Part shown: piece after piece, positions 8,622 through 16,519 of the stretch
Numbering within the stretch: position 1 is the first letter of the stretch
Layout: each line of letters begins with the position of its first letter
Assembly (NCBI GenBank): GCA_964592085.1
Contig: CAZQDO010000004.1
Location: forward strand, 1-33,266
DNA length: 33,266 bases
Reading direction: 5' to 3'
DNA from: an uncultured Anaerolineae bacterium
GTDB taxonomy: Bacteria; Chloroflexota; Anaerolineae; VGOG01
Notes under the pieces: generated by a model
The model's input: only the letters and a program-made list of their open reading frames with translations
Told to the model about the DNA's origin: nothing
The model's database searches: none
Program-made: the position numbers and the translations under genes

Positions 8622-9758
8622 ATGAGTCAAACGGAACTCATCGAACCCACGATTTCCGCTGTTCCGGAAGAAAAAGAACTGCACGAGAGCTATTTCCAGC
8701 TCGTCTGGCAAAGGTTCAAAAAGAGCAAGCCGGCCATCGTCGGCGGCTTGATGATCCTCACACTGGTCATCCTGGCGGTGTTTTCGGACTTTTTCTCACC
8801 CACCGATCCACTGAAACTGAACATGCCAGCCAGCTTCACACCCCCTCAGCAGATCCACTTCATAGATGCCGAAGGCAAGTTTCACCTGCGGCCCTTCACC
8901 TATTTGCAGACGGTCGAGCTTGACCCTACGACCTATGCACCCCAGTGGACGGAGGACCAGAGCCAGCGTTACCCTCTCAGGTTTTTCGTCAAGAGCTGGG
9001 AGTACAAGCTGCTGGGCATCATCCCCTCCCGCTGGCACCTTTACGGCGTGGAGGAGGGAGGCACCGTCTATCTCCTCGGGACCGATAAGTTCGGTCGGGA
9101 TCTGTGGGGGAGAGCCTGTCGCGCGGGACGCATCTCCCTGTCCATGAGCTTGTTTGCCACTTTTATCAGCGTCTCTGTAGGCTCTGTTCTGGGCGTCGTA
9201 TCCGGTTATTATGGCGGTGGGATTGACAATGTGTTGCAGCGCTTCGTCGAGTTCGTCCAGTCCTTTCCCCAGTTGCCTCTGTGGATGGCTCTGGCAGCCA
9301 TCATCCCTCGCACCTGGGATTCATTCAGGGTTTTTGTCATCATGGCTTTCATTTTCGCCCTTCTGGGCTGGACTATGCTCGCCCGGGAGGTTCGTGGCAA
9401 GGTGATGGCCTTTCGGGAGACGGACTTTATCCTGGCCGCCAAGGAGATGGGGGCCTCCGACCTGCGCATCATCTTTCGTCACCTCTACCCCAATTCCTTG
9501 AGCCACATTATCGTCGTTTTGACCCTAACCATTCCGGACATTATCCTGGCGGAAGCTTTCCTCAGTTTCCTGGGCATTGGCATTCAGGAACCTCTGACGA
9601 GCTGGGGGCTTCTCATGCACGATGCCCAGAACCTGCAAACCCTGGGCTCTCACCCCTGGATCATGAGCCCTGTCGTCTTCATCATTATCGCGGTGTTGGG
9701 ATACAACTTCCTGGGCGATGGGCTGCGAGACGCGGCTGATCCTTACGCCATCGTGTAA
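8622..9758 (+). CDS. ABC transporter permease, OppC/DppC type
   Basis: The motif [22 protein letters not shown] and a long periplasmic loop after TM1 are typical of the OppC/DppC family. GGAG lies upstream. Confidence 0.9.
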   Translation: MSQTELIEPTISAVPEEKELHESYFQLVWQRFKKSKPAIVGGLMILTLVILAVFSDFFSPTDPLKLNMPASFTPPQQIHFIDAEGKFHLRPFTYLQTVELDPTTYAPQWTEDQSQRYPLRFFVKSWEYKLLGIIPSRWHLYGVEEGGTVYLLGTDKFGRDLWGRACRAGRISLSMSLFATFISVSVGSVLGVVSGYYGGGIDNVLQRFVEFVQSFPQLPLWMALAAIIPRTWDSFRVFVIMAFIFALLGWTMLAREVRGKVMAFRETDFILAAKEMGASDLRIIFRHLYPNSLSHIIVVLTLTIPDIILAEAFLSFLGIGIQEPLTSWGLLMHDAQNLQTLGSHPWIMSPVVFIIIAVLGYNFLGDGLRDAADPYAIV

Positions 9759-9775
9759 AGAAGAAAGAGCAAAAA

Positions 9776-10795
9776 ATGGAAGTCAGCGACAACATCATCC
9801 TCGAGGTCAAAGGTCTCAAGCAGTATTTCCCCATCTTCACGGGTTTTTTCCAAAGAGTGGCGGGCTACGTGAGGGCAGTGGATGGGGTGAGCTTTTTCAT
9901 ACGAGAGAACGAGGTCCTGGGCCTGGTGGGGGAAAGTGGCTGTGGCAAAACCACGACGGGACGGACGATCCTGCGCCTCTACGATCCCACTGCTGGAGAG
10001 ATCTGGTACCGTAAGGGGACCGGAGAGCGGGTGGAGATATCTCACCTCAGCCAGAAAGAGATGAAGCCGCTGCGACGAGAGATGCGCATGATCTTCCAGG
10101 ATCCTTTCAGCTCTCTCAACCCCCGGCTGACAGTCAAGGACATCATCAGCGAGCCGCTCGCTATCCACAGTGTCGCCAGGGGGAGAGCCATGGAGGACAG
10201 GGTAGCGGAGTTGATGAGGGCGGTAGGACTGGACCCCGCCTGTATGCGCCGCTATCCCCATGAATTCTCTGGCGGGCAGCGGCAGAGAATCGGCCTCGCT
10301 CGAACCCTTTCGCTCAGCCCTCGCCTCATCATCGCCGACGAGCCGGTATCCGCCCTGGACGTGTCCATCCAGGCCCAGGTGCTCAATCTCCTGCAGCAAT
10401 TGCAGGAAAGGCTAGGGCTCACCCTGCTATTCATCGCTCACGACCTGTCCGTGGTGGAGCACGTGTCCAATCGCATCGCCGTGATGTACGTGGGCAAGAT
10501 CGTCGAAATGGCGGGGACAGAGGAGATGCTCAGGCATCCCTTGCACCCTTACACCGAAGCCCTGATTTCCGCTGTTCCACCGGCAGACCCAGACATCCGT
10601 CTCCATCGGATTGTCCTGGAGGGCGAAGTGGCCAGCCCATCGCACCCACCTGCGGGTTGCATCTTCCACCCCCGATGCCGCTACGCTGAGGATGTTTGCA
10701 GCCAAGAGGAGCCACAACTGGTCGAGGTCGAGCCCGATCACTACGTCAGTTGTCACTTTGCCGCAGAGCTGAGTCTACAGGGGATTGAGGGCTGA
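9776..10795 (+). CDS. ABC transporter ATP-binding protein, OppF/DppF type
   Basis: Walker [10 protein letters not shown], signature [13 protein letters not shown], Walker [14 protein letters not shown]-terminal [12 protein letters not shown] plus a 4-Cys cluster. Confidence 0.92.
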   Translation: MEVSDNIILEVKGLKQYFPIFTGFFQRVAGYVRAVDGVSFFIRENEVLGLVGESGCGKTTTGRTILRLYDPTAGEIWYRKGTGERVEISHLSQKEMKPLRREMRMIFQDPFSSLNPRLTVKDIISEPLAIHSVARGRAMEDRVAELMRAVGLDPACMRRYPHEFSGGQRQRIGLARTLSLSPRLIIADEPVSALDVSIQAQVLNLLQQLQERLGLTLLFIAHDLSVVEHVSNRIAVMYVGKIVEMAGTEEMLRHPLHPYTEALISAVPPADPDIRLHRIVLEGEVASPSHPPAGCIFHPRCRYAEDVCSQEEPQLVEVEPDHYVSCHFAAELSLQGIEG

Positions 10796-10816
10796 ACGCA
10801 GGCGAGGCAGAAACAT

Positions 10817-10899
10817 CCCACCCTCACCCTAACCCTCTCCCTGCGAGGGAGAGGGAACTTGCCCCTTCGCCCCGTTGGGGAGAGGGCGGGGGTGAGGGG
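10817..10899. repeat. REP-like nested GC-rich palindromic element
   Basis: Outer arms are CCCTCACCC (about 10821-10829) and GGGTGAGGG (about 10890-10898). An inner hairpin pairs CCCTCTCCC (10833-10841) with GGGAGAGGG (10847-10855). The spurious minus ORF 10753-11109 reads through it (PALSPTGRRGKFPLPRRERVRV). Confidence 0.6.
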
Positions 10900-10991
10900 A
10901 AGCTTCCAAGGTGGGGATTGCTTCGGCGCAAACAACGTGCCTCGCAATGACAACAGGCGGAGCTCAACATTGTCGAGATAGGAGGACGGCC

Positions 10992-12773
10992 TTGAAACGA
11001 TCTTTGATCCTTGCTCTACTCGTCGTCCTGGTGGTATCTGTACTGTGCGTGGCCGGGGTGATTGAAGGATACGCCGCATCCCCGCTGTATTCTCCTGCCG
11101 GTGTAACACCTACGCCGAAGCCCGTGCTCCCATCGGGTATGGTGTCTGGCGTGGTGTGCGACGCCGTGGGGCCAGTGGCCGGGGCCACCGTGCGCGTGCA
11201 GCTCACCGACAACCAAACGACCACTGCTGTTGATGGCTCCTTCACCCTTAGCGGCATTACCACTGGTGTGCCGGCGAACATCACCGCCTGGGCCGAGGGT
11301 TATTACATCGGCTCGACCAGCGCCACCCCTGGCCTGGAGCCTGTCACCATCACCCTCAAACCTCTTTACACCACCGACAACCTCGATTACGAATGGTTCT
11401 CGTACGAGGGTGTTACGGGCTCCGCCAGTTGCGCCCCGTGCCACACCGCCTATACCGAGTGGAGAGCTGACGCCCACTCCCAATCCGCCACCAACCCCCG
11501 TTTTCTGACCATGTACCAGGGCACCGATGTGCAGGGCAATAAGAGCCCGCGCACCCAATATGGGGCCGATGGTGTTCTGCCCCCCGATCCCTCTCAGCCG
11601 TACTACGGCCCTGGCTACAAGACCGACTTTCCCAATCGGGCGGGCAACTGCGCCGCCTGCCACACTCCGCTGGCATCTAATATGGAGCCAAGCAACACCT
11701 GCGGCTGGTCGGGCTGCCACACCGAGCTGACGGGGCAGCGATCGCCATCCGTGCCCGATCCGATCGCTTTGCCCTCAGATCAGTATGGCGTCAGCCCCAC
11801 CGACCTCACCGGCGACGCCGCCGATGGGGTGGGCTGCGACTTCTGCCACAAGATCGGGGACGTGATACTCGACCCCGACACAGAGTTGCCTTATCCCGAC
11901 AGCCCAGGCATCTCCTCCATGCGCTTGTATCGTCCCGATGAAGGGCAGCAGCTCTTCTTCGGCACCTTCGACGACGTGGCCCGGCGGGTGACTTACCTGC
12001 CGTTAGAGGAGGAGAGCGCTTTTTGCGCCCCCTGCCATTATGGGGTCTTTGACGCCGTGGATGGTAAGTACGGTGGGGTGGTGATCTACAACTCCTACGG
12101 GGAGTGGTTGGAGAGTTCCTACAGTGACCCGGAAACTGGCCAGACCTGCCAGGACTGTCACATGCCCACGGTTGACTACGATTATTTCGTCTACCCCGCG
12201 TTGGGCGGGCTGCATCGTGATCCCGATCGCATCCACGACCACTATATGGCCGGGGCGAGTGACGAGACGCTGTTGCAAAACTCCATCACCATGACCACCA
12301 CGGCCCGGTTGAAGGGGCAGGAGGTGCTGGTGGAGGTGAGCATCAACAACGACAAAACCGGCCACCACGTTCCCACCGGCGTGCCGTTGCGCCATATAAT
12401 CCTGGTGGTGCAGGCCACCGACGCCGACGGCAATCTGCTGCCGTTGCGCGATGGCCCGGTGCTGCCCGACTGGACTGGCAACTACGCCGGGCAGTCGGGG
12501 CAGTACTACGCCAAGATCCTGGAGGATGAGTGGACCGGCGAGTCGCCGACGGGGGCCTACTGGCGAGACATCCGCCTGGTGGAGGACACACGCCTCGCGG
12601 CCTTTGCGACGGACGTCAGCCAATATGCCTTTGCTGCGCCCGCCGAGGGCTCAGCCACCGTCGAGGCGCGGCTCATCTTCCGCCGGGCCTTCCAGGAGTT
12701 GATGGAGCAGAAGGGGTGGGATGATCCCGACATCGTGATGGAGGAAGAGACCATCGTGGTGGGTGTCCCCTAG
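10992..12773 (+). CDS. Secreted multiheme c-type cytochrome (5 CXXCH + 1 CX4CH) with N-terminal carboxypeptidase-regulatory-like beta-sandwich
   Basis: CXXCH motifs at 11430-11444 (CAPCH), 11649-11663 (CAACH), 11835-11849 (CDFCH), 12024-12038 (CAPCH) and 12147-12161 (CQDCH). CGWSGCH lies at 11700-11720. CAPCHTAYTEWRADAHS resembles the cytochrome c554/multiheme family. GMVSGVVCDAVGPVAGATVRVQ...DGSFTLSGI is CarboxypepD_reg-like. I prefer the TTG start at 10992 (AGGAGG at 10980-10985, 6-nt spacer), giving MKRSLILALLVVLVV as signal anchor. The ORF-track start is 10911. Confidence 0.85.
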   Translation: MKRSLILALLVVLVVSVLCVAGVIEGYAASPLYSPAGVTPTPKPVLPSGMVSGVVCDAVGPVAGATVRVQLTDNQTTTAVDGSFTLSGITTGVPANITAWAEGYYIGSTSATPGLEPVTITLKPLYTTDNLDYEWFSYEGVTGSASCAPCHTAYTEWRADAHSQSATNPRFLTMYQGTDVQGNKSPRTQYGADGVLPPDPSQPYYGPGYKTDFPNRAGNCAACHTPLASNMEPSNTCGWSGCHTELTGQRSPSVPDPIALPSDQYGVSPTDLTGDAADGVGCDFCHKIGDVILDPDTELPYPDSPGISSMRLYRPDEGQQLFFGTFDDVARRVTYLPLEEESAFCAPCHYGVFDAVDGKYGGVVIYNSYGEWLESSYSDPETGQTCQDCHMPTVDYDYFVYPALGGLHRDPDRIHDHYMAGASDETLLQNSITMTTTARLKGQEVLVEVSINNDKTGHHVPTGVPLRHIILVVQATDADGNLLPLRDGPVLPDWTGNYAGQSGQYYAKILEDEWTGESPTGAYWRDIRLVEDTRLAAFATDVSQYAFAAPAEGSATVEARLIFRRAFQELMEQKGWDDPDIVMEEETIVVGVP

Positions 12774-12783
12774 ACGAGTTGTC

Positions 12784-12882
12784 AAGGTGCCAGGCACTTG
12801 CGAATAGCTGAGTGATTGAGCGAACTCACCTGGATTGGAGGCACTGTAGCCCTCAAGAAGCCGATGAAAGTGCCTGGCACCT
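12784..12882. repeat. 99-bp unit bounded by perfect 15-bp inverted repeats (AAGGTGCCAGGCACTT / AAGTGCCTGGCACCT)
   Basis: The arms at 12784-12799 and 12868-12882 are reverse complements. Each arm contains the near-palindrome GTGCC(A/T)GGCAC. The unit is intergenic, between the cytochrome and DUF4870-like genes. Confidence 0.6.
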
Positions 12883-12906
12883 GAATGCTTGCTTTGGAGG
12901 TCGAAC

Positions 12907-13263
12907 GTGAGTAAGCCTGGTAGAAATGCCGCCTTTCTGGCCTATCTCCTGCCCATCGTGGGTTGGCTTTACGTGCTTCTCTTTCGAAAGAAGGACGAGT
13001 TCGCCGTATACCATGCAAAACAATCCATGATGCTCACGGTGGCCGCCGTAGGCGCGCCGGCGGCCTGGGCACTTTTCGCCTGGATCGTTTCCTGGCTTCC
13101 TTTGGCTGGCCCCATCATCGCGGCTGCTCTATTTGCCCTGGTCATACTCGCATACATCTTCCTGGCCGCAACCTGGGTCATCGGCATGGTGTATGCGTTA
13201 CAGGTGAAGATGAAGCCTGTCCCCGTGGTGGGGGGATGGGCAGAGCGGATTCCTATCTGGTAG
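12907..13263 (+). CDS. Small integral membrane protein, DUF4870-like
   Basis: GTG at 12907 with GGAGG 6 nt upstream. It has 3-4 TM helices, and the motif AVYHAKQSMML after TM1 resembles the DUF4870 family. Confidence 0.7.
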   Translation: MSKPGRNAAFLAYLLPIVGWLYVLLFRKKDEFAVYHAKQSMMLTVAAVGAPAAWALFAWIVSWLPLAGPIIAAALFALVILAYIFLAATWVIGMVYALQVKMKPVPVVGGWAERIPIW

Positions 13264-13299
13264 GTGCAACGCACTTACAGAGCAAAAGGGAGGGTGCAA

Positions 13300-13884
13300 A
13301 TGGCTGAAAAGCTATTTGGCAAAACGGTGGCCATCATCGTGGCCCATGAGTTCGAGGACGTCGAGTTGCTCTTCCCACTGCTGAAGCTCAGCGAGGAGGG
13401 GGCTGAAATCGTGGTGGCGCCCGTGCACGAGGGCCTCCATCCTCGCCCGTACGTTGAAGGGAAGCCTGTCACAGGCCGCTTTGGCCACACTGTCCCCATA
13501 CCCGTCATGGCGGAGGGCAACAGGCACAGCGTGAGCAGCGTCGAGGAGCTCAGCGCGGATGACGTTGACTGCGTGCTCTTCCCAGGTGGGTATTCCCCCG
13601 ACGCCTTGCGACTGCACCAAGGGACCCTCGATCTGGTGCGTGAGTGTCACCAGCAGGACAAGCTGCTGGCCGCCATCTGCCACGGCCCCTGGATTTTGAT
13701 CTCTGCGGGGATCATGGAGGGGAAGCAGGCCACGGGCTACGTCGCTGTGCGAGACGACCTGGTGAACGCGGGGGCCGAATTCGTGGATGTGCCAGCGGTC
13801 CGGGACGGCAACATCATCACCGGCAGGGTGTCTGACGATCTGCCTGAGTTCTGCCAGGAGATCATTGAGGCCCTGTCTGAGTGA
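13300..13884 (+). CDS. DJ-1/PfpI family protein (type 1 glutamine amidotransferase-like)
   Basis: ATG at 13300 after AAGGGAGGG. GKTVAIIVAHEFEDVEL, and the nucleophile elbow AAICHGPWILISAG with a Cys-His pair. Confidence 0.88.
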   Translation: MAEKLFGKTVAIIVAHEFEDVELLFPLLKLSEEGAEIVVAPVHEGLHPRPYVEGKPVTGRFGHTVPIPVMAEGNRHSVSSVEELSADDVDCVLFPGGYSPDALRLHQGTLDLVRECHQQDKLLAAICHGPWILISAGIMEGKQATGYVAVRDDLVNAGAEFVDVPAVRDGNIITGRVSDDLPEFCQEIIEALSE

Positions 13885-14134
13885 GCCGACAGAATTACCC
13901 ATCCTGGGACCGAGAATCGAAGACCTTGTTGAAAAACGCATCTCCAGTGGGAGTCCTCAACTTGTTGAGGGCTTTCTCGCCTGCAAACCAGGGCTGCTGT
14001 GGGGACACCCCGAACAAGTTCGGGACTCCGGCGCTTTCCGGCGACTACAGGGCTAGCTTGATGCGTATGGCGATGAGATGCCTTCAGATAGCCCGCACGA
14101 GCGGGCTTTGACTTTGTGGCGTAGGATGTGAGCA

Positions 14135-14995
14135 ATGCGTGACGAGCAATCAGAAGCAGAGACCTACCAGCCGGTTTTTGATGACCGTTTCAGTTGGCGG
14201 TCCATCAGGCAGAGGCCCAAGCGCAAAGGCCTGATCCTGGCCACCGCGACACTCGTAGGCATCATTCTACTTGCGGCATGTGCAGTTTACGCTGTGGGGT
14301 CTCTGAGTCCTTATGCTTTCGCTTGCAGTCGGGACAACCGAGACGAGGCAATTTGCTTTGTCTTCTTCCGACAGTCTTTGCCTCCAGCGTGCCCGCCAGA
14401 TTGTCATGCAGCCGACCTCAGCGAGGCTAACCTGAGCGGTGTTGAGCTCAATAAGGCCGATTTAAGCGCAGCCATCCTGCGCAGAGCCGAGCTGCGCGAG
14501 GCCAGACTGATCAAGGCCGATCTGAGCGGTGCCGATTTGAGTCGGGCAGACCTGCGTCGAGCCAACCTTTTGGCCGCCTACCTGCCCGAGGCCAATCTGA
14601 AAAGGGCCGATCTCACCAGGGCTGACCTGCGTATAGCCAACCTGGAAAAGGCCGATCTGAGCCTGGCTGACCTGTTCGAGGCCGACCTGAGTGCAACCAA
14701 TCTGCGCTGGGCCAACCTGGTGAGGGCTGATCTGGCCGGGGCGGACTTGCGCGAGGCCATGCTCTTCGAGGCCGATCTGCACGAGGCCGATTTGAGCGGA
14801 GCCAGTCTCTATCAGACCTTCCTGCGCAGGGCTGATCTGAGCGGGGCCGTTCTGGAAGGAGCCGACCTGCGCCTGGCTGACCTGCGCGAGGCCAACCTGA
14901 GCGGGGCCAACCTCAACGGAGCGTGGTATAACGATACGACCCTGTGGCCAGAGGGTTTTGACCCCGCCCAGGAGGGCACAGTTTTCCAATACTGA
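14135..14995 (+). CDS. Membrane-anchored pentapeptide repeat protein
   Basis: N-terminal cytoplasmic tail and one TM (GLILATATLVGIILLAACAVYAV), a Cys-containing linker, then about 35 A(D/N)LxX pentapeptide repeats (ADLSEANLSGVELNKADLSAAILRRAELREARL...). Confidence 0.9.
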   Translation: MRDEQSEAETYQPVFDDRFSWRSIRQRPKRKGLILATATLVGIILLAACAVYAVGSLSPYAFACSRDNRDEAICFVFFRQSLPPACPPDCHAADLSEANLSGVELNKADLSAAILRRAELREARLIKADLSGADLSRADLRRANLLAAYLPEANLKRADLTRADLRIANLEKADLSLADLFEADLSATNLRWANLVRADLAGADLREAMLFEADLHEADLSGASLYQTFLRRADLSGAVLEGADLRLADLREANLSGANLNGAWYNDTTLWPEGFDPAQEGTVFQY

Positions 14996-15020
14996 TCGAG
15001 GAGCTGAAAGGAGAGTTTTG

Positions 15021-16349
15021 ATGCCCAAAATCACCCTGATCGGCGCCGGCAGCGTCGTCTTCACCCGCAATCTGAGCAGCGACATCCTGCTGACGCCAGC
15101 GCTACAGGAGAGCACCATCGCCTTGATGGACATTGACCCTGAGCGATTGACCCAGGCTCAGAATTTGGTGCAGGCGATTATTGACCAGCGTGGGTTAGAG
15201 GCCCAGGTGGAAGCTACCACCGACCGGCGGGAGGCTGTGCGAGATGCGGATTACGTGATCACCACCTTCCAGCAGGGTGGGCTGGATGCCTACGCCCTGG
15301 ATATTGAGATCCCCCAACGGTACGGCGTGGAGCAATGCGTGGGCGACACGCTGGGGCCGGGCGGTGTCTTCCGAGGATTGCGCACCATCCCGGTGCTGAT
15401 TGACCTGTGCCAGGACATGGATGACCTCGCGCCGGACGCGCTGCTGCTCAACTACGTCAATCCGATGGCGGCCAACTGCTGGGCCGTGGACGTGGCCACC
15501 GGTCGCCCTCACGTGGGCCTGTGCCACAGCGTGCAGGGCACCAGCGAGATGCTGGCCCAGTGGATCGGCGTGCCCTACGACGAAGTGGTCTACCTCTGCG
15601 CTGGCATCAACCACCAGGCCTGGTTTCTGGAATTCCGCCGGGACAAAGAGGACCTCTACCCGCTGATCTGGGAAGCCATTGAGCGGCCGGAGGTTTACGC
15701 CCAGGAGCCGGTGCGTATCGAGCTGATGAAATACTTCGGCCACTTCGTCACCGAATCCAGCGGCCACGCCAGCGAGTACCTGCCCTACTTCCGTAAGAAC
15801 GCCCAGATGGTGAACGACGACCTGGTGCCGCGTTTCACGGACAACGTCAACCACTGGTTCGACTTTGGCCGCACGGGTGGCTATCTGCGCCACTGCATCA
15901 ACGCTTTTGCGAAGGCCCAGAAAGAATATCAGGAACTACTGGAAGGCGTCAAGGATCTGCCCACCGAGCGCACGCACGAGTACAGTTCTTACATCATTGA
16001 GGCGATGGAGACCAACCAAGCGGTGCGCATCAACGGCAACGTGCCCAACTGGGGCTTGATTGACAATCTGCCCCAGGGGTGCTGTGTGGAAGTGCCGTGC
16101 CTGGTGGACGGCAACGGTGTTCAGCCCACAGCCGTTGGCGCGCTGCCCACCCAACTGGCTGCCCTCAACCGCACCAACGTCAACGTGCAGGAGCTCATCG
16201 TCGAGGCTGCTCTGACCGGTGACACGGAGGCGGTTTACCATGCTGTCATGCTCGACCCACTGACCGCCGCTGTGTGTACCCTGCCCCAGATCCGCTCCAT
16301 GGTGGATGAACTGTTGGCGGCGCAGAGCCAGTGGTTGCCGCAGTTCTAG
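15021..16349 (+). CDS. Glycoside hydrolase family 4 (alpha-glucosidase/alpha-galactosidase type), paralogue 1
   Basis: N-terminal NAD-binding MPKITLIGAGSVVFT, metal/catalytic motifs GLCHSVQGT and CAGINHQAW, VTESSGHASEY. ATG at 15021 after GAAAGGAG. Confidence 0.9.
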   Translation: MPKITLIGAGSVVFTRNLSSDILLTPALQESTIALMDIDPERLTQAQNLVQAIIDQRGLEAQVEATTDRREAVRDADYVITTFQQGGLDAYALDIEIPQRYGVEQCVGDTLGPGGVFRGLRTIPVLIDLCQDMDDLAPDALLLNYVNPMAANCWAVDVATGRPHVGLCHSVQGTSEMLAQWIGVPYDEVVYLCAGINHQAWFLEFRRDKEDLYPLIWEAIERPEVYAQEPVRIELMKYFGHFVTESSGHASEYLPYFRKNAQMVNDDLVPRFTDNVNHWFDFGRTGGYLRHCINAFAKAQKEYQELLEGVKDLPTERTHEYSSYIIEAMETNQAVRINGNVPNWGLIDNLPQGCCVEVPCLVDGNGVQPTAVGALPTQLAALNRTNVNVQELIVEAALTGDTEAVYHAVMLDPLTAAVCTLPQIRSMVDELLAAQSQWLPQF

Positions 16350-16352
16350 TAG

Positions 16353-16480
16353 GGCTGGCGACCGAGGTCGCGCCTGTAGGGCCTTTGGCCGGGCATCGGC
16401 CTCCGCCGACGCAGGCCCGACCGCGTAGGCGGTCGACCGGCGTGGATACGCCCTACCAGGCGCGGTTTCAACCGCCAGCC
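16353..16480. repeat. Long imperfect GC-rich palindrome (REP-like / structured intergenic RNA) between GH4 paralogues 1 and 2
   Basis: GGCTGGCG (16353-16360) pairs with CGCCAGCC (16473-16480). GCGCCTGTAGGGC (16370-16382) pairs with GCCCTACCAGGCGC (16450-16463), leaving a 1-nt bulge. Inner sub-hairpins include CCGCGTAGGCGG and GGTCGACC. Confidence 0.55.
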
Positions 16481-16519
16481 TGAGCTGACGAAAAACTCAA
16501 ATCAAGAGGAGTCTCTTTG

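Noticed and set aside
10753-11109. A 118-aa ORF on the minus strand spanning the REP-like element
   Set aside because: It reads straight through the palindromic GGGAGAGGG/GGGTGAGGG element and overlaps the end of the OppF-like gene and the start region of the cytochrome gene. It has no RBS or motifs.
12875-12890. Sigma54-like TGGCAC-N5-TGCTT upstream of the DUF4870-like gene
   Set aside because: The GG-to-GC spacing is one nucleotide shorter than the canonical TGGCAC-N5-TTGC geometry, and no enhancer-binding protein gene is nearby. The TGGCAC is more simply explained as part of the inverted-repeat arm.
13737-14135. ORFs 13737-14135(-), 13787-14056(+) and 13881-14111(+) in the gap after the PfpI gene
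   Set aside because: They have no RBS and no motifs, they overlap each other and the PfpI 3-prime end, and their sequences look like random high-GC translations.
14400-14940. Regular short periodicity in DNA that could superficially suggest a CRISPR-like or satellite array
   Set aside because: The periodicity is 15 nt, in frame, and encodes pentapeptide repeats (ADLxx). No repeat-spacer structure is present and no cas genes are in the window.
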